From Scytonema sp. PMC 1070.18 (GTDB lineage: Bacteria; Cyanobacteriota; Cyanobacteriia; Cyanobacteriales; Nostocaceae), in the NCBI GenBank assembly GCA_035967975.1, contig JAWQFQ010000022.1, positions 1,699 through 65,698 of the forward strand: 64,000 nucleotides of DNA, written 5' to 3'. Below, piece by piece: positions 31,099 to 42,284 of the stretch. The translations under genes were made by a program, and so were the position numbers. The first letter of the stretch is position 1. Each line of letters begins with the position of its first letter. The notes under the pieces were generated by a model. It searched no databases. It was given only the letters and a program-made list of their open reading frames with translations, and was not told the DNA's origin.

Positions 31099-32521
31099 TT
31101 GTGACTCATTTGTCACCTGCCTGTTCAATTGGTTAGCAACAGGACTTACGCAACTGGCACAATTGGTCTTGATGCGGCAAAGCCACACCTTTGAGGGAGC
31201 ACCATACAACCATAATAAATTGGGTAAAAAATTTACATACCACTTTAGAGGATTTATTTTCCACAGATATATCTTGAGATTTCATTAAGTTTTTTTTCAC
31301 TAATTTGTTCAACACTGGAGTTGAGACTAACCCGTGACAAGTTGTTTAGCAAAACGATACTAATGGTCAATCGCAATTAGCTCATTTCAAATTTTGACAT
31401 GATAATATGTACACACTTTACTTGGCGTTGGCGATCGCCCCTAAATAAGAATGTTGTCAGGCTCAGGCGGTGAATGGCACAACAGTCCCTTAGGGAGATC
31501 CATAAAAATAAAATCCCAGCCGAGGGACACAGAGAGGAAAAAGAGCACACGGTTGGAGTCCAGACAAGCGTGGTAAAAATATAACTATCATTGGGGCGAT
31601 CGCAACCTGTGGAATTGCAGCCATTCTCATGATGAGAATGATTATGAAAACGAGAGCTAGACAAAATTGAGAGTTTGTATAATATATGATATGGTTTTTG
31701 TATCAGATTCGATCTGGTGGGTAGTTGGCTCGACTAGGAATACTTTGTGTACTTTGCACGGGAACAAACAACAGATGAACGATTCAGCACTGAATCTATG
31801 AGCTATAAGTTTTTGGCTGAAAGCTAAAAGCTGACCGCTTAAAGTATAGCTTCGAGAAAACAGTGCTTGAGTTGCGGTCAATTTTCACTGAATTACCAGA
31901 TTCAAGCACAGGAACAAACAAACTTTGTCAGATGATAGATGCAGCATTAAGCGCACAGTAAAACCAATGTATCTATAATTCTGTAAAAATTCTATAACGA
32001 AACATTCATAAGATATTCGATAATTTTATATTTCGTTACCTGGGTTGATTTTCTAACGCCGACTTACTGACTAAAAACATATGAAGTCAGCACATTTTTA
32101 TAAATTTTTCCAAAGTATGAGTGTATAACGGGTCCAAAATATGCTTGTAAAAAAATAGCTTTTTTTGTCCAAAGTGCAATCTAGAAAAAAGGTTGTCAGG
32201 TTGTCCGAATATGGGTTGATAACCTCATACTTTTCATGCTATCGTGAATTCGCTTGTTCAAAACTCAAGACGTTTTCGTCTAGTTTTTATAAAAGTGTTT
32301 TTTTGAAAATATGCTATTTTAGTCAACACCCCTGCCTAAAGGTTAAAACCAAACGGTTTCCATGCTCCCGGAGGCTTTTAGATGATGAACACAAGGATAT
32401 TGGCGATCGCAGCCCAAAAACGATGTATTCTATCATGGTTTTTGACCTAATTTTAATCCCATAGGCATCAATAACTTAATCTGTTGTAAATGGTTGTCCC
32501 AGTTTTTACAATACAGCTACT

Positions 32522-34051
32522 ATGGAATTTGTCATTACACTTAACAGAGGAAGTTCTCTACCACTTTACCGCCAAATATGTGAGGAGTTACGACGCTTGA
32601 TTCTATCAGGATACTTATTACCTGGACAGCGCATACCTTCCTCACGAGCTTTAGCCAAGTCATGTAAAGTTTCACGTGCTACTGTCAATCTTAGTTACGA
32701 GGAACTTCTCAGCGAAGGGTATCTTAAGTCAAGTCATGGTGCTGGGACATTTGTCAATGACCAAATTCCCAAAACATTTATTCAATCGACGGACCCTACT
32801 CATCAGCTAACGCAAGCCAAGCAAATAAAGTTATCAAAATACGGTACTCATATCGCCAAGAGTAAACCGTTTAGGCCCATAGAACAACACTTGCCAATCA
32901 ACTTTCTTTATAGGCAACCTGCATTTGATCAACTTTCCTTGCAACAATGGGGAAGACTATTGGTACATCACTGTCAATTCAATCTCAAGCTGCTCGATTA
33001 TGGCAATGATTTGCTTGGGTACAGAGAGTTACGCAAAGCAATTAGCCTTCACCTAACTCAGTCGAGGGGACTACGCTGCGAAGCCGATCAAGTCTTAATC
33101 GTCAACGGTTCACAGCAAGCTCTCGATCTAGTGACCCGAATTCTCTGTGATAGTGGCGATTGGGTAGGGATGGAAAACCCTGGCTACCTGAATGCTCACC
33201 ACACTTTTCTCGCACAAGGATCTCGAGTTTTACCCGTTCCGGTTGATGAATCAGGAATTGTCATTGAACATCTATTAGGTTTCACAAATGCGAAGCTCCG
33301 CTTTGTTTACGTTACACCTTCTCATCAATTTCCGTCTGGTAGAGTGATGTCATTGTCAAGGAGGTTGGAACTACTATCTTGGGCTCAATCGTCTGGAGCA
33401 ATGATTATTGAGGATGATTATGACAGTGCATATAGCTACGGTAATCAATCGATCCCACCACTACAAGAGCTTGATAAAAGTGGTGCAGTTATATACATTG
33501 GGACATTTTCAAAGGAGCTTTTTCCAGCTTTGCAGATTGGTTATTTGGTCCTACCTAAACATTTGGTAAATGTGTTTGCCAATGCTAAGTGTCTTACTGA
33601 TCTTCAATCACCTCTACTAGAACAGCAAGTCCTTACCGATTTTATTAATGAGGGGCATCTGGAACGTCATATCAAGCGGATACGCAACCTCTACTACCAA
33701 CGTCGGCAAACATTGGTTCAAGCCTTGTCAATGTATTTGGGCGAGTGCGCGACGATTCTGGATGAGAATGCGGGTATGCACCTGATGGTACATTTACAAA
33801 CCAGCTTGAATGATGAAGAGATAATACATCGGGCATCACAGGTGGGTGTGGGACTAATCAGTGCAGCCCAAAACTACTCCAATGCTAGTTATGAAGGTAA
33901 ATTTATCATCGGTTACACTGACTTAACCGTGCAACAGATTCAAGAGGGAATATACAAACTAGCCAAAGTACTCAAAGAGCCAACTACCTACACTGACATC
34001 TTCCGGTACAGTGTAGACTTGCAAGAATCAGCTTGCTCCTGCAAAAAATGA
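32522..34051 (+). CDS. MocR/PdxR-family GntR regulator (wHTH + PLP-binding aminotransferase domain)
   Basis: PLYRQI...PSSRALA...VSRATV, YVTPSHQFP, IIEDDYD, GTFSK. Confidence 0.93.
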   Translation: MEFVITLNRGSSLPLYRQICEELRRLILSGYLLPGQRIPSSRALAKSCKVSRATVNLSYEELLSEGYLKSSHGAGTFVNDQIPKTFIQSTDPTHQLTQAKQIKLSKYGTHIAKSKPFRPIEQHLPINFLYRQPAFDQLSLQQWGRLLVHHCQFNLKLLDYGNDLLGYRELRKAISLHLTQSRGLRCEADQVLIVNGSQQALDLVTRILCDSGDWVGMENPGYLNAHHTFLAQGSRVLPVPVDESGIVIEHLLGFTNAKLRFVYVTPSHQFPSGRVMSLSRRLELLSWAQSSGAMIIEDDYDSAYSYGNQSIPPLQELDKSGAVIYIGTFSKELFPALQIGYLVLPKHLVNVFANAKCLTDLQSPLLEQQVLTDFINEGHLERHIKRIRNLYYQRRQTLVQALSMYLGECATILDENAGMHLMVHLQTSLNDEEIIHRASQVGVGLISAAQNYSNASYEGKFIIGYTDLTVQQIQEGIYKLAKVLKEPTTYTDIFRYSVDLQESACSCKK

Positions 34052-34273
34052 CTGTCTCCATATTTAGGGGCTTCTAACCCAAGAATTGGGCTAACATTCA
34101 TGACTATTGCCTGTTGCCTATTCCCTGTTGCCTACCCGAAGAGCTTGGGCTTGGTGAATGTTGCCCCCTTGTCCAATCATACCAATAAGGTGGGATTTGT
34201 TATGCAAAGGACAAATGACGCAAAAACCCCCTATCTTCAGGAGGGGGATGTAGTTAATGAAATTTTATATTGA

Positions 34274-35005
34274 CTAATGAACTTTAGAAGCTGCATACTG
34301 TCCGTCATTGCTTAAACGACCATCTTCCATGTAGATAATGCGATCGGCAATGTCAAGAATGCGGTTATCGTGGGTTACAAGTAAGATAGTGCAAGCTTGT
34401 TGTTTTGCTAACTTATGCATCATATCAACAACATCGCGACCAGATTTTTTGTCAAGAGCAGCGGTGGGTTCGTCTGCGAGAACAATTTTAGGATGGCTGA
34501 CTAGCGCACGGGCGATCGCAACCCGTTGTTTTTGTCCTCCAGAAAGACTATCAGCATAATAATTGATACGTTGTCCTAAACCAACTTCTTGTAAAATATT
34601 TGTAGAGATGGCATCCATATCTTGATTCAAATACTCTTCATGAAGTTCTAAAGACATTCTTACATTTTGTTTAGCTGTTAAAAAAGTCATCAAATTATGG
34701 GCTTGGAAAATATAGCCAATCTTCCTTCTTAAATACATCATTTGTTGCTTGTTTGCTCCCCTCATCTCTTGTCCCATAATTTTGAGACTTCCTTCCTGTA
34801 CAGAGCGCAAACCTCCCATCATTGTAAGTAAAGTTGTTTTTCCTGAGCCAGAAGGACCAGTCATAATGACAATTTCACCGGGATAAATATTGAGATTGAT
34901 ATCAAATAAAGCTTGTTTGCGGAGGTCACCTTTACCAAAATAATGATTGAGATTGCGAGCGGAAATAACAGGTTCAGTTGTTAATGATTGCATGGTGTAC
35001 TCCAA
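34274..35005 (-). CDS. devA: DevA-family ABC transporter ATP-binding protein
   Basis: [21 protein letters not shown]; third gene of devBCA. Confidence 0.92.
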   Translation of the reverse strand: MEYTMQSLTTEPVISARNLNHYFGKGDLRKQALFDINLNIYPGEIVIMTGPSGSGKTTLLTMMGGLRSVQEGSLKIMGQEMRGANKQQMMYLRRKIGYIFQAHNLMTFLTAKQNVRMSLELHEEYLNQDMDAISTNILQEVGLGQRINYYADSLSGGQKQRVAIARALVSHPKIVLADEPTAALDKKSGRDVVDMMHKLAKQQACTILLVTHDNRILDIADRIIYMEDGRLSNDGQYAASKVH

Positions 35006-35010
35006 AGTTT

Positions 35011-36177
35011 TTAAAAAACATCAGCCGGGTCTGCGGCTTGTAATTTACGCATAGCAATAAAGCCCGAACCACCACACATGATGAGGGTTAATAGCAATAC
35101 CATGATGGCGCGATTGAAATTCATCACAATGGGCAAAAGAGTTGCGGTTTTGGCAATATAGTAAAGTCCCGCAGAAACAGCAAATCCTGGTATAAATCCC
35201 AAAAGACCCAAAACAATGGCTTCCTGAATCAAAACCCCCACAAGGTATCCATCGCTATACCCCATTGCTTTTAAGGTCGCGTATTCTGGTAGGTGGTCTG
35301 AGACATCAGAGTAAAGAATTTGGTAAACAATCACCATACCTACGATAAAGCCAATGATAGTACCAAATCCGAAGACAAAGCCGATGGGGGTACTATTTCC
35401 CCAATAAGTTTTTTCTCTTTCTGCAAACTCTGCTAAAGTTAGTACGTCAACATCCTTTGGCAAAGTTGCTTGCAGATTTGCTTGGACTTGCTTGATATCT
35501 GCATTTTGCTTGATGTGAATGATACCGACATCAATCTGGTCGGGTTGGCGTTTAGGGAACAGGTGCAGAAAAGTTGAGTCACTCGCAATCACGTTACCAT
35601 CAGCCGCAAAGGAAGCACCGATAGTAAATAATCCGGCTACTTGCACATTTAAATCATTCAGTTGAGCGGAGAGGGATGATGACTGTTGAAAAAGCTGGGG
35701 AATATCACCGTATTCTGGTCTTCCCGCACGGTCATACAACACTCGATTGAGAATCTGAATTTGTGGTATTTGTTGTTTAATTTCTGGGAGCTTAAAAGCT
35801 GGTTTAGCTGGGTCAATACCGTAGACCAGGATAGGTCTATTAATACCAGTATCGGGATTGCGCCAATACGCAGTATCAACGTACAAAGAACTGGTTGATT
35901 TGACACCTTCAACAGCAGCGGCTTGATATATCCGATTTCTAGTGAAGCTTTTGACAACGAACAGGGTTTCTAGATTGGGACTCACTAAAACCAAATCAGC
36001 ATCCATATTTTCGTGGGGGAGGACTGCGGATTTATAAAAAGCTTCCATGAAACCCAATTGAACAAACATTAAGATATCAGCAAAACCGATTCCTGCTATG
36101 GCGATCGCAAGACGAGTTTTTTCTCTGGTGACTTGATTCCACGCTAGAGGAGTTTTGCGAAACAGTTTGCGAAGCAT
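35011..36177 (-). CDS. devC: DevC-family ABC transporter permease
   Basis: TPLAW, GIGFADILMF, IVYQILYSDV..HL.EYATLKAMGY, ADPADVF. Confidence 0.92.
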   Translation of the reverse strand: MLRKLFRKTPLAWNQVTREKTRLAIAIAGIGFADILMFVQLGFMEAFYKSAVLPHENMDADLVLVSPNLETLFVVKSFTRNRIYQAAAVEGVKSTSSLYVDTAYWRNPDTGINRPILVYGIDPAKPAFKLPEIKQQIPQIQILNRVLYDRAGRPEYGDIPQLFQQSSSLSAQLNDLNVQVAGLFTIGASFAADGNVIASDSTFLHLFPKRQPDQIDVGIIHIKQNADIKQVQANLQATLPKDVDVLTLAEFAEREKTYWGNSTPIGFVFGFGTIIGFIVGMVIVYQILYSDVSDHLPEYATLKAMGYSDGYLVGVLIQEAIVLGLLGFIPGFAVSAGLYYIAKTATLLPIVMNFNRAIMVLLLTLIMCGGSGFIAMRKLQAADPADVF

Positions 36178-36188
36178 GATTGATCTCC

Positions 36189-37478
36189 TTACAGTTTAAT
36201 TGCAGTGTTAACTTGCAGGTTAGTTAACCCTGCAACTTTTTGGCTGTCTTCGGGACGCAAGCGAATTCTGACTTCAATCACCCTGCGATCAAGATTTTCT
36301 CCTGGTTGAGTGCTGAAAACTTTTTGTTGGCTAACCTGTAGCCCAATCAGGTTAACAGTTCCCTGTAATTCTCCAGAAAATGACTCACTGGTGATGACAG
36401 CTTGCTGACCTACACGGATTTTGCTAATATCAGTTTGATACACCTCTGCAACGACTTCCATATCGTCGGTTTGTGCCAAATCTGCTATTCCTTCACTGGT
36501 AATCGATTCGCCCGGTCTAGTATAAATCTCTAGAATTCGACCAGCCATCGGTGCTCGAATATACGCTTGGTTCAAGTCTGTTTCCGCCTGTTTAACTGCG
36601 GCTGCGGCTGTATCCACCTCTGCTTGTGATGCTTGTACATCGACTGGACGAACTTCAGCAATTCGGTTTAAGGTCGCTTTGGCTTCGTTTATCTGCTCTT
36701 TACCTGTACTTTCAATCCGTGCTAGGCTAACTTTAGCTTCGTTCAATTGCTGTTGACCTGTACGTTCAATACGTGCTAAAGTTACTTTAGCTTCATTCAA
36801 TTGCTGACTACTTGTTTCTAGGTTCAATCGCTTACTATCAAACAGTGATGCAGAGATAGCTCCTTGTTTGTAAAGCGTTTGATAGCGCTGATACTCAGCT
36901 GTTGCATTGTTAAGTTCTGCTTCCAGCTTTTTAATTGTTGCTTGTTGAGCCTGTTTGTCACCCTCCAGTTGTGCTTCTAATCGGCTAATGGTGCTTTGTT
37001 GGGCTACTTTGTCATTTTGCAATTGAGCTTCTAAGCGGCGAATGGTTGCTGATTGAGCACTGATTTCTCCAGTTTTAGCACCAGCTTTCACCTGCGCTAA
37101 CTTCGCCTGCGCTACTTTTAACTGTTGTTGTGCTTCTAACAAAGCAGATTGTAAGCGCACCCGACTATCCAAAACGGCGATCGCTTGACCTGATTGAACG
37201 CGATCGCCCCTCTTAACAAGGAGTTCAGCCACCCGGTCTCTTTCTAGAGTCAACGGAGCAGAAACCCGAATCACCTCTTTTTCAGGTTGTAACCTTCCTA
37301 AAGCAATGACCTTTTTAACAACTGGAGCAGTTGGAACTGGTGCTGGTTGTTGATTAGTTTTTTCAAATTGAGATATACTATAAAAAGCAGTTGCACCTGA
37401 CAAAGCTGTACCTAGGACTATCAGTCCAAACATTGAGCGATAGCGATTCAGCGATTTTGGAAATGTTTGAAGATTCAT
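36189..37478 (-). CDS. devB: DevB-family membrane fusion protein (HlyD-like)
   Basis: ALGRLQP, long coiled coil, VAEVYQTDI, DRRVIEVRI, LTNLQV; ATG 37478 preferred. Confidence 0.9.
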   Translation of the reverse strand: MNLQTFPKSLNRYRSMFGLIVLGTALSGATAFYSISQFEKTNQQPAPVPTAPVVKKVIALGRLQPEKEVIRVSAPLTLERDRVAELLVKRGDRVQSGQAIAVLDSRVRLQSALLEAQQQLKVAQAKLAQVKAGAKTGEISAQSATIRRLEAQLQNDKVAQQSTISRLEAQLEGDKQAQQATIKKLEAELNNATAEYQRYQTLYKQGAISASLFDSKRLNLETSSQQLNEAKVTLARIERTGQQQLNEAKVSLARIESTGKEQINEAKATLNRIAEVRPVDVQASQAEVDTAAAAVKQAETDLNQAYIRAPMAGRILEIYTRPGESITSEGIADLAQTDDMEVVAEVYQTDISKIRVGQQAVITSESFSGELQGTVNLIGLQVSQQKVFSTQPGENLDRRVIEVRIRLRPEDSQKVAGLTNLQVNTAIKL

Positions 37479-37778
37479 GAAAAATGGCTCCCTACCAGCA
37501 AGACAATAAACGAATCGTTGCAATCAGATGTAAACTTAGATTGACAAAAGTTGGATTATATGGATATCATCCAACCTGCATTGTTAACAGACGTTAAGCT
37601 TGAAAAGCTTGTCTCTAATGTTGTTATAGGGTGAGACAAAATCGTTTATGCAACATCAGGATAAAAAAAAGAAAAAATAAAGCGTATTGGATGATAAGAA
37701 ACAAGAAACCCGGTTTCTTGAAGAAACCGGGTTTCTGAGGTGTCGCAATTTTCACAAATGAAACAAGGCTGGGTATAA

Positions 37779-38036
37779 TTAAGCACTCATAAGAGAGACC
37801 AAATGGTTTGCGAGAGCTTCAATAGTTGGATAATCCCAAGCTAAAGTCGCAGACAACTTCATTCCCAGTAAGCTTTCCAGGTCACCCGACAAACTAACTG
37901 CGGTCATCGAATTGAGACCATACCCAGCAAAAGGTTCTTGGATATCAATATCTTCCGGATTCAATTCCAACTCTTCAGACACTTTAGAAATCAACCAAGC
38001 TTGAAGTTCTTCTGTACTAAAAGTCTTAACTTGCAT
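37779..38036 (-). CDS. Stand-alone acyl carrier protein, copy 2
   Basis: 76 of the first 79 residues identical to ACP copy 1; downstream of FAAL-ACAD-ACAD. Confidence 0.93.
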   Translation of the reverse strand: MQVKTFSTEELQAWLISKVSEELELNPEDIDIQEPFAGYGLNSMTAVSLSGDLESLLGMKLSATLAWDYPTIEALANHLVSLMSA

Positions 38037-38188
38037 TGTCTTTACTCCTTAGAATAGAATGGGTTTTGTTAGAAAAAAAATTGTTCGTTTTTCTGGTGTT
38101 GTAGATTGGTTGTGTAATCTTTGTTTTAGCCTCTGTAAATGTATAGGGAGTAGGTTTGAGATTTATGCATTATGTTCGTAGTAGCGCT

Positions 38189-39955
38189 TCAGCGCATGCA
38201 ATTCCTGCTTAGCTGAAGTGGAACGATAGAAAAAAGCTGATCTTGCTGGTAAAGGTTGAGAAGTTCTTGGGCGACATTTTCTCTGAAAGAAACGGGAAGT
38301 GGACTGGACGAGTGATGGAAGGACATCATCAGTTTGTCCAAACACAGTACTAACCATTCACCCTTAGCAAAAAAGTCACCCAACTGCTTTCTGTTGTGAA
38401 GCCACATATGTAAACACGCAGCTGCTGTGTGTAAAGTACAATGTTTTGCAGCAAGGTCGAATAACTCTGGCGACTTGTCATATTGTCGTCCGTAGCGACT
38501 TTTCACACTTGTTAACATTGTATGCTGCTCGCTCATTTCTTCAATAATCTGATTTGCAAATGAAATCAGTCTCATTAAGACTTCAGAATCTACGTCAGAT
38601 TCTGTCTTGAGGGCGTAAAGCTGTTCTACAGCTACTTCTATACCTTGTAAAATATCATCACGTCCGCGATTAAACAGTTCCAGTCGGTTAGGGTCAAAAT
38701 CAGGAAGTGGTTTTTCCAAAGAAAAAATCGTTTCCAGACTTGATTTCATTTCCTCAAAACGAGAAGCATCTGGTTTTTGAGGGGCTTTAGGTTGCAAAGA
38801 TGCTCCAATAGTTGTCAGATTGAGATAAGTACCAGCATGAAACATACTCACAACCGCACTGTCCCGAACAATTTTTTGAAACACTCCAGAGTTATGACCT
38901 TCACGTAAGTAATAGCGTGCTCCCAACACAATGGAGAGATTGTGAATAACTTGTTCGATAGTTGTCGGTACAAAATATTTAACAACTGAAGACCACAACC
39001 GCATCTGCTCCGTAGCTGCATGAGCCGCCCTACTGGTAGCAATAGCTACGCAATCACAGATTAAAATATCTAGAAAAGCATCTACCAACAATTTTTGCGC
39101 GTGGGGAATGGCGAAAACACTATTACCATATAACTTCCGTGAAAGCGCAAAGTTTAATGTCGTTCGCAATGCTGTATCAGCAGCGCCTAAAGACAAAGCT
39201 GGAATCACCGTACGTGTGAGTTGAAAAGCTTTCAGGGTTATCTCTAAAGCAGAACCGGGAGCTCCAATTAATGAGTCATTAGGGATAAGACTTTCATTAA
39301 AACGGATACCACTACAATCAGCACCTCGGATTCCAAGAGTTTTTACCTTATCTATATAGGAATAGGAAGACCGATCTAATTGTTCTTTTTCCACCAAAAA
39401 CAAAGAGAAACCACGTGGACCACCATTAACGTCAGTTTTAGCAAATACGGTAAGTGCTGTACCACGTGTAGCATTGCTGAACAACCACTTTTCACCGTTA
39501 AGGAGATAACCATTCTCTGTCTTAGTGGCTTGAACATCGGTAGCAAGAAAATCACTACCATGAGCTTTCTCATGATACGCTAGCGATACTCTTCCCTGGT
39601 TCTTAATCAGATGGGCGAGTTTGTGCTTTTGTTCCTCAGTCCCGCCAACCCAAGCAGCTACAGAACCAAGATAGGTTTTACCATAAGCTATGGCGGTTGT
39701 TAAATCTCGCCTTCCAAGAAGTCTCAGTAGTGAAAAGAATTCCTCATAGGATTTCAGCTTTCCTCCATAGTTGACAGGTATGTAATATTCGTTAAAATTC
39801 CATTTGTCTAGGAGTCCAAAAAATTCCTGTGGATATTCTTCTTGTTCATCCAGTTCAACAATTCGTTTGAAGGAAAACTTATTTTCTGGGTTGGAAGGGT
39901 TACCTAAGTACTCTTCTAGTTGTTCAGCAGCACGATATTGTTTGGGTAATTGCAT
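38189..39955 (-). CDS. Acyl-CoA/acyl-ACP dehydrogenase B
   Basis: LNGEKWLFSNA, TLGIRGADCSGI; paralog of the adjacent ACAD; SMFHAGT at the usual catalytic-acid position. Confidence 0.88.
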   Translation of the reverse strand: MQLPKQYRAAEQLEEYLGNPSNPENKFSFKRIVELDEQEEYPQEFFGLLDKWNFNEYYIPVNYGGKLKSYEEFFSLLRLLGRRDLTTAIAYGKTYLGSVAAWVGGTEEQKHKLAHLIKNQGRVSLAYHEKAHGSDFLATDVQATKTENGYLLNGEKWLFSNATRGTALTVFAKTDVNGGPRGFSLFLVEKEQLDRSSYSYIDKVKTLGIRGADCSGIRFNESLIPNDSLIGAPGSALEITLKAFQLTRTVIPALSLGAADTALRTTLNFALSRKLYGNSVFAIPHAQKLLVDAFLDILICDCVAIATSRAAHAATEQMRLWSSVVKYFVPTTIEQVIHNLSIVLGARYYLREGHNSGVFQKIVRDSAVVSMFHAGTYLNLTTIGASLQPKAPQKPDASRFEEMKSSLETIFSLEKPLPDFDPNRLELFNRGRDDILQGIEVAVEQLYALKTESDVDSEVLMRLISFANQIIEEMSEQHTMLTSVKSRYGRQYDKSPELFDLAAKHCTLHTAAACLHMWLHNRKQLGDFFAKGEWLVLCLDKLMMSFHHSSSPLPVSFRENVAQELLNLYQQDQLFSIVPLQLSRNCMR

Positions 39956-40095
39956 AAAAATTCTCGCTATTATTGTTAGTGGTTAGTGGTTAGTGGTTAG
40001 TGGATACTCCTTTTCTGCTCAAAGATTACCTATTGAAATGAACCGCAAAGACGCAAAGGACGCAAAGAAAGAGGAAGAAAATATCGGTAATCTTA

Positions 40096-40258
40096 GAGGT
40101 TGTTTGAAAAGTAGTTGGCTGTGATTTTAGGTACTTATCTATCCTCCCTAGCCCCCCTTTTTAAGGGGGGAAATCTCTTAAAGTACCCCTTTTTAAGGGG
40201 GATTTAGGGGGATATTGAATGTGCATGCTACTGATGAAAAGACTTTTCAAATATCCTT
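40096..40258. mobile_element. MITE family A, copy 2
   Basis: GAGGTTGTTTGAAAAG...CTTTTCAAATATCCTT; abuts the stop codon of ACAD A. Confidence 0.82.
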
Positions 40259-42030
40259 TAAGCTTGTGTTTGAGCCAACTGAATTGGAACAATTGAAAAG
40301 AGTTTGTCTTGCTTGTGAAGGTTAAGCAGTTCTTGAGCAACATTCTGTCTATAAGAAACAGGAAGTGAACTGGGCGTGTGATGGAAAGACATTTTTAACC
40401 GTTCCAAACATAGTACTAACCATTCACCTTTTGCAAAAAAGTCACCTAACTGTGTTCTGTTGTGAATCCACATATGAATACACGCAGATGCTGCAAACAA
40501 ATTACAGTACTGTTGTGCAAGTTCAAAGAATTCTGGGGGTTCACTATGTCCTTTTGAGTTTGGTAAATTTTTCAGTATTTCATCCTGTTTTTTTAGTAAA
40601 TTTAGGATATCTATTGAAAGTGTTATGACTCTTTCCATGACTTCAGATTCAACTTCTGCAGATTCTTGTAGTGTTTTTAATTCTGCAAGAGTTATATCTA
40701 GTCCTTGTAAGACTTCGTCATTACCGCGATTAAATAGCTCTAGTTGATTGGGATTCAATTCTGGTAGGGGTTTATCTAGAGAGAAAATATTTTCTAAGTT
40801 TTTACTCAGTTCTTTTCTCCTGTCTATATCTATTCTTTCTCGTTGTTTTGCTAGATATTTAAGCTGTAGTACGATCGCATGCAAATTGACAACGGTACTA
40901 CCATCAAATAAGCTAACGATCGCACTGTCTCTTACCATCTTCTGAAAAATCCCCCACCAGTGGGTTTCTCGTAAATAGTAACGCGCACCGAGGACTATAG
41001 AGAGATTGTGAAGAACTTTTTCAACTGTTGTTGGGACAAAATACTTAACAATCGCTGACCAAACGCTCATTTGGTCTGTCACTATATGAAGTCCTCTACT
41101 CACAGCAATAGCGACACAATCACAAATTAAAATATCTAGAAAAGCATCAACTAACAGTTTCTGAGCATGGGGAATAGCAAATACACTGTCACCGTAAAGT
41201 TTGCGAGAAAGAGCAAAATCTAATGTACTTCGCAATCCTGTATCTGCTGCACCTAAAGACAGACCAGCGCAAATTGTGCGTGTTATCTGAAGGCTTTTGA
41301 GCGTTATTTCTAGACCCGACCCACGTTTTCCAATTAGAGATTCTTTGGGAATCAAACAATTTTGAAAACTGATACCACTGATATCTGCACCACGAATACC
41401 GTGAGTTTTAATTTTATCAAGATGGTGATAAGATGAGCTATCCAGTTTATCTTTTTCAACTAAGAAGACAGAAAAACTACGAGAATTACCATTATTGTCA
41501 GTTTTGGCAAAAACGGTGATAGCTTTACCGCGAGTAGCATTGTTAATCAACCACTTTTCCCCAGATAACAGATAACCATCTTCTACTTCAATTGCTTCTA
41601 CTTCATTAGCAACTAAATCACTTCCATGTGTCTTTTCGGTCAGTCCCAGAGATACCTGTTTTTGCTCTTTAATAACCTTTGCTAACTTGTACTTTTGTTC
41701 TTCTTCACTTCCTACCCAAATACAGACAGAACCAAGATAAGTCTTACCATGACCTATAGCAACTGTTAAATCCCGCCGTGAAATCAATCGCATCAGTGAA
41801 AGCAATTCTTCATAGGATTTAAGCTTTCCACCATAGATTTGAGGAATGTAATGATGATGAAAGTCCCACTGTTCAAGAATTGTTTTAATCGCCTCTGGGT
41901 ACTCTTCTTTTTCATCGAGTTCAATAGAGTGTTTGAAAGAGAATTCATTATCAGAATTGCAAGGGCTTCCTAAATACTCTTCTAGCAATTCAGAACTAGA
42001 ATACTGCTCTAAGTGAGAAATCTGTGACAT
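40258..42030 (-). CDS. Acyl-CoA/acyl-ACP dehydrogenase A
   Basis: LGLTEKTHGSD, LSGEKWLINNA, THGIRGADISGI, SLFDGSTVVN; ATG 42030 preferred. Confidence 0.9.
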   Translation of the reverse strand: MSQISHLEQYSSSELLEEYLGSPCNSDNEFSFKHSIELDEKEEYPEAIKTILEQWDFHHHYIPQIYGGKLKSYEELLSLMRLISRRDLTVAIGHGKTYLGSVCIWVGSEEEQKYKLAKVIKEQKQVSLGLTEKTHGSDLVANEVEAIEVEDGYLLSGEKWLINNATRGKAITVFAKTDNNGNSRSFSVFLVEKDKLDSSSYHHLDKIKTHGIRGADISGISFQNCLIPKESLIGKRGSGLEITLKSLQITRTICAGLSLGAADTGLRSTLDFALSRKLYGDSVFAIPHAQKLLVDAFLDILICDCVAIAVSRGLHIVTDQMSVWSAIVKYFVPTTVEKVLHNLSIVLGARYYLRETHWWGIFQKMVRDSAIVSLFDGSTVVNLHAIVLQLKYLAKQRERIDIDRRKELSKNLENIFSLDKPLPELNPNQLELFNRGNDEVLQGLDITLAELKTLQESAEVESEVMERVITLSIDILNLLKKQDEILKNLPNSKGHSEPPEFFELAQQYCNLFAASACIHMWIHNRTQLGDFFAKGEWLVLCLERLKMSFHHTPSSLPVSYRQNVAQELLNLHKQDKLFSIVPIQLAQTQA

Positions 42031-42284
42031 AGTTTTCTTTTTCAAGGTTTCTACAATAAAAGTAAACATTCAGCTATTAGCGATTTTTCTGTCAACTTTG
42101 ATATACTTTATGAGCGTTCTATCGTCTAATATGGCGATTCCCATGTAAGTGAGGTACAAAAAGAAAGAATTAACCACAGATGAACGCACCCTCAACGCAG
42201 ATAAATTTGGACTTCAGCAGGCTAGGAAACGCTATAGCACTACTTAAAGCTGATAGCTATTAGCTATTAGCTATTAGCTATTAG

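Noticed and set aside
31043-32464. Short ORFs in the 1.5 kb spacer between the methyltransferase and mocR (e.g. a RiPP precursor)
   Set aside because: Non-ATG starts, no RBS or leader motif, and no RiPP maturases nearby; treated as divergent promoter region or decayed DNA.
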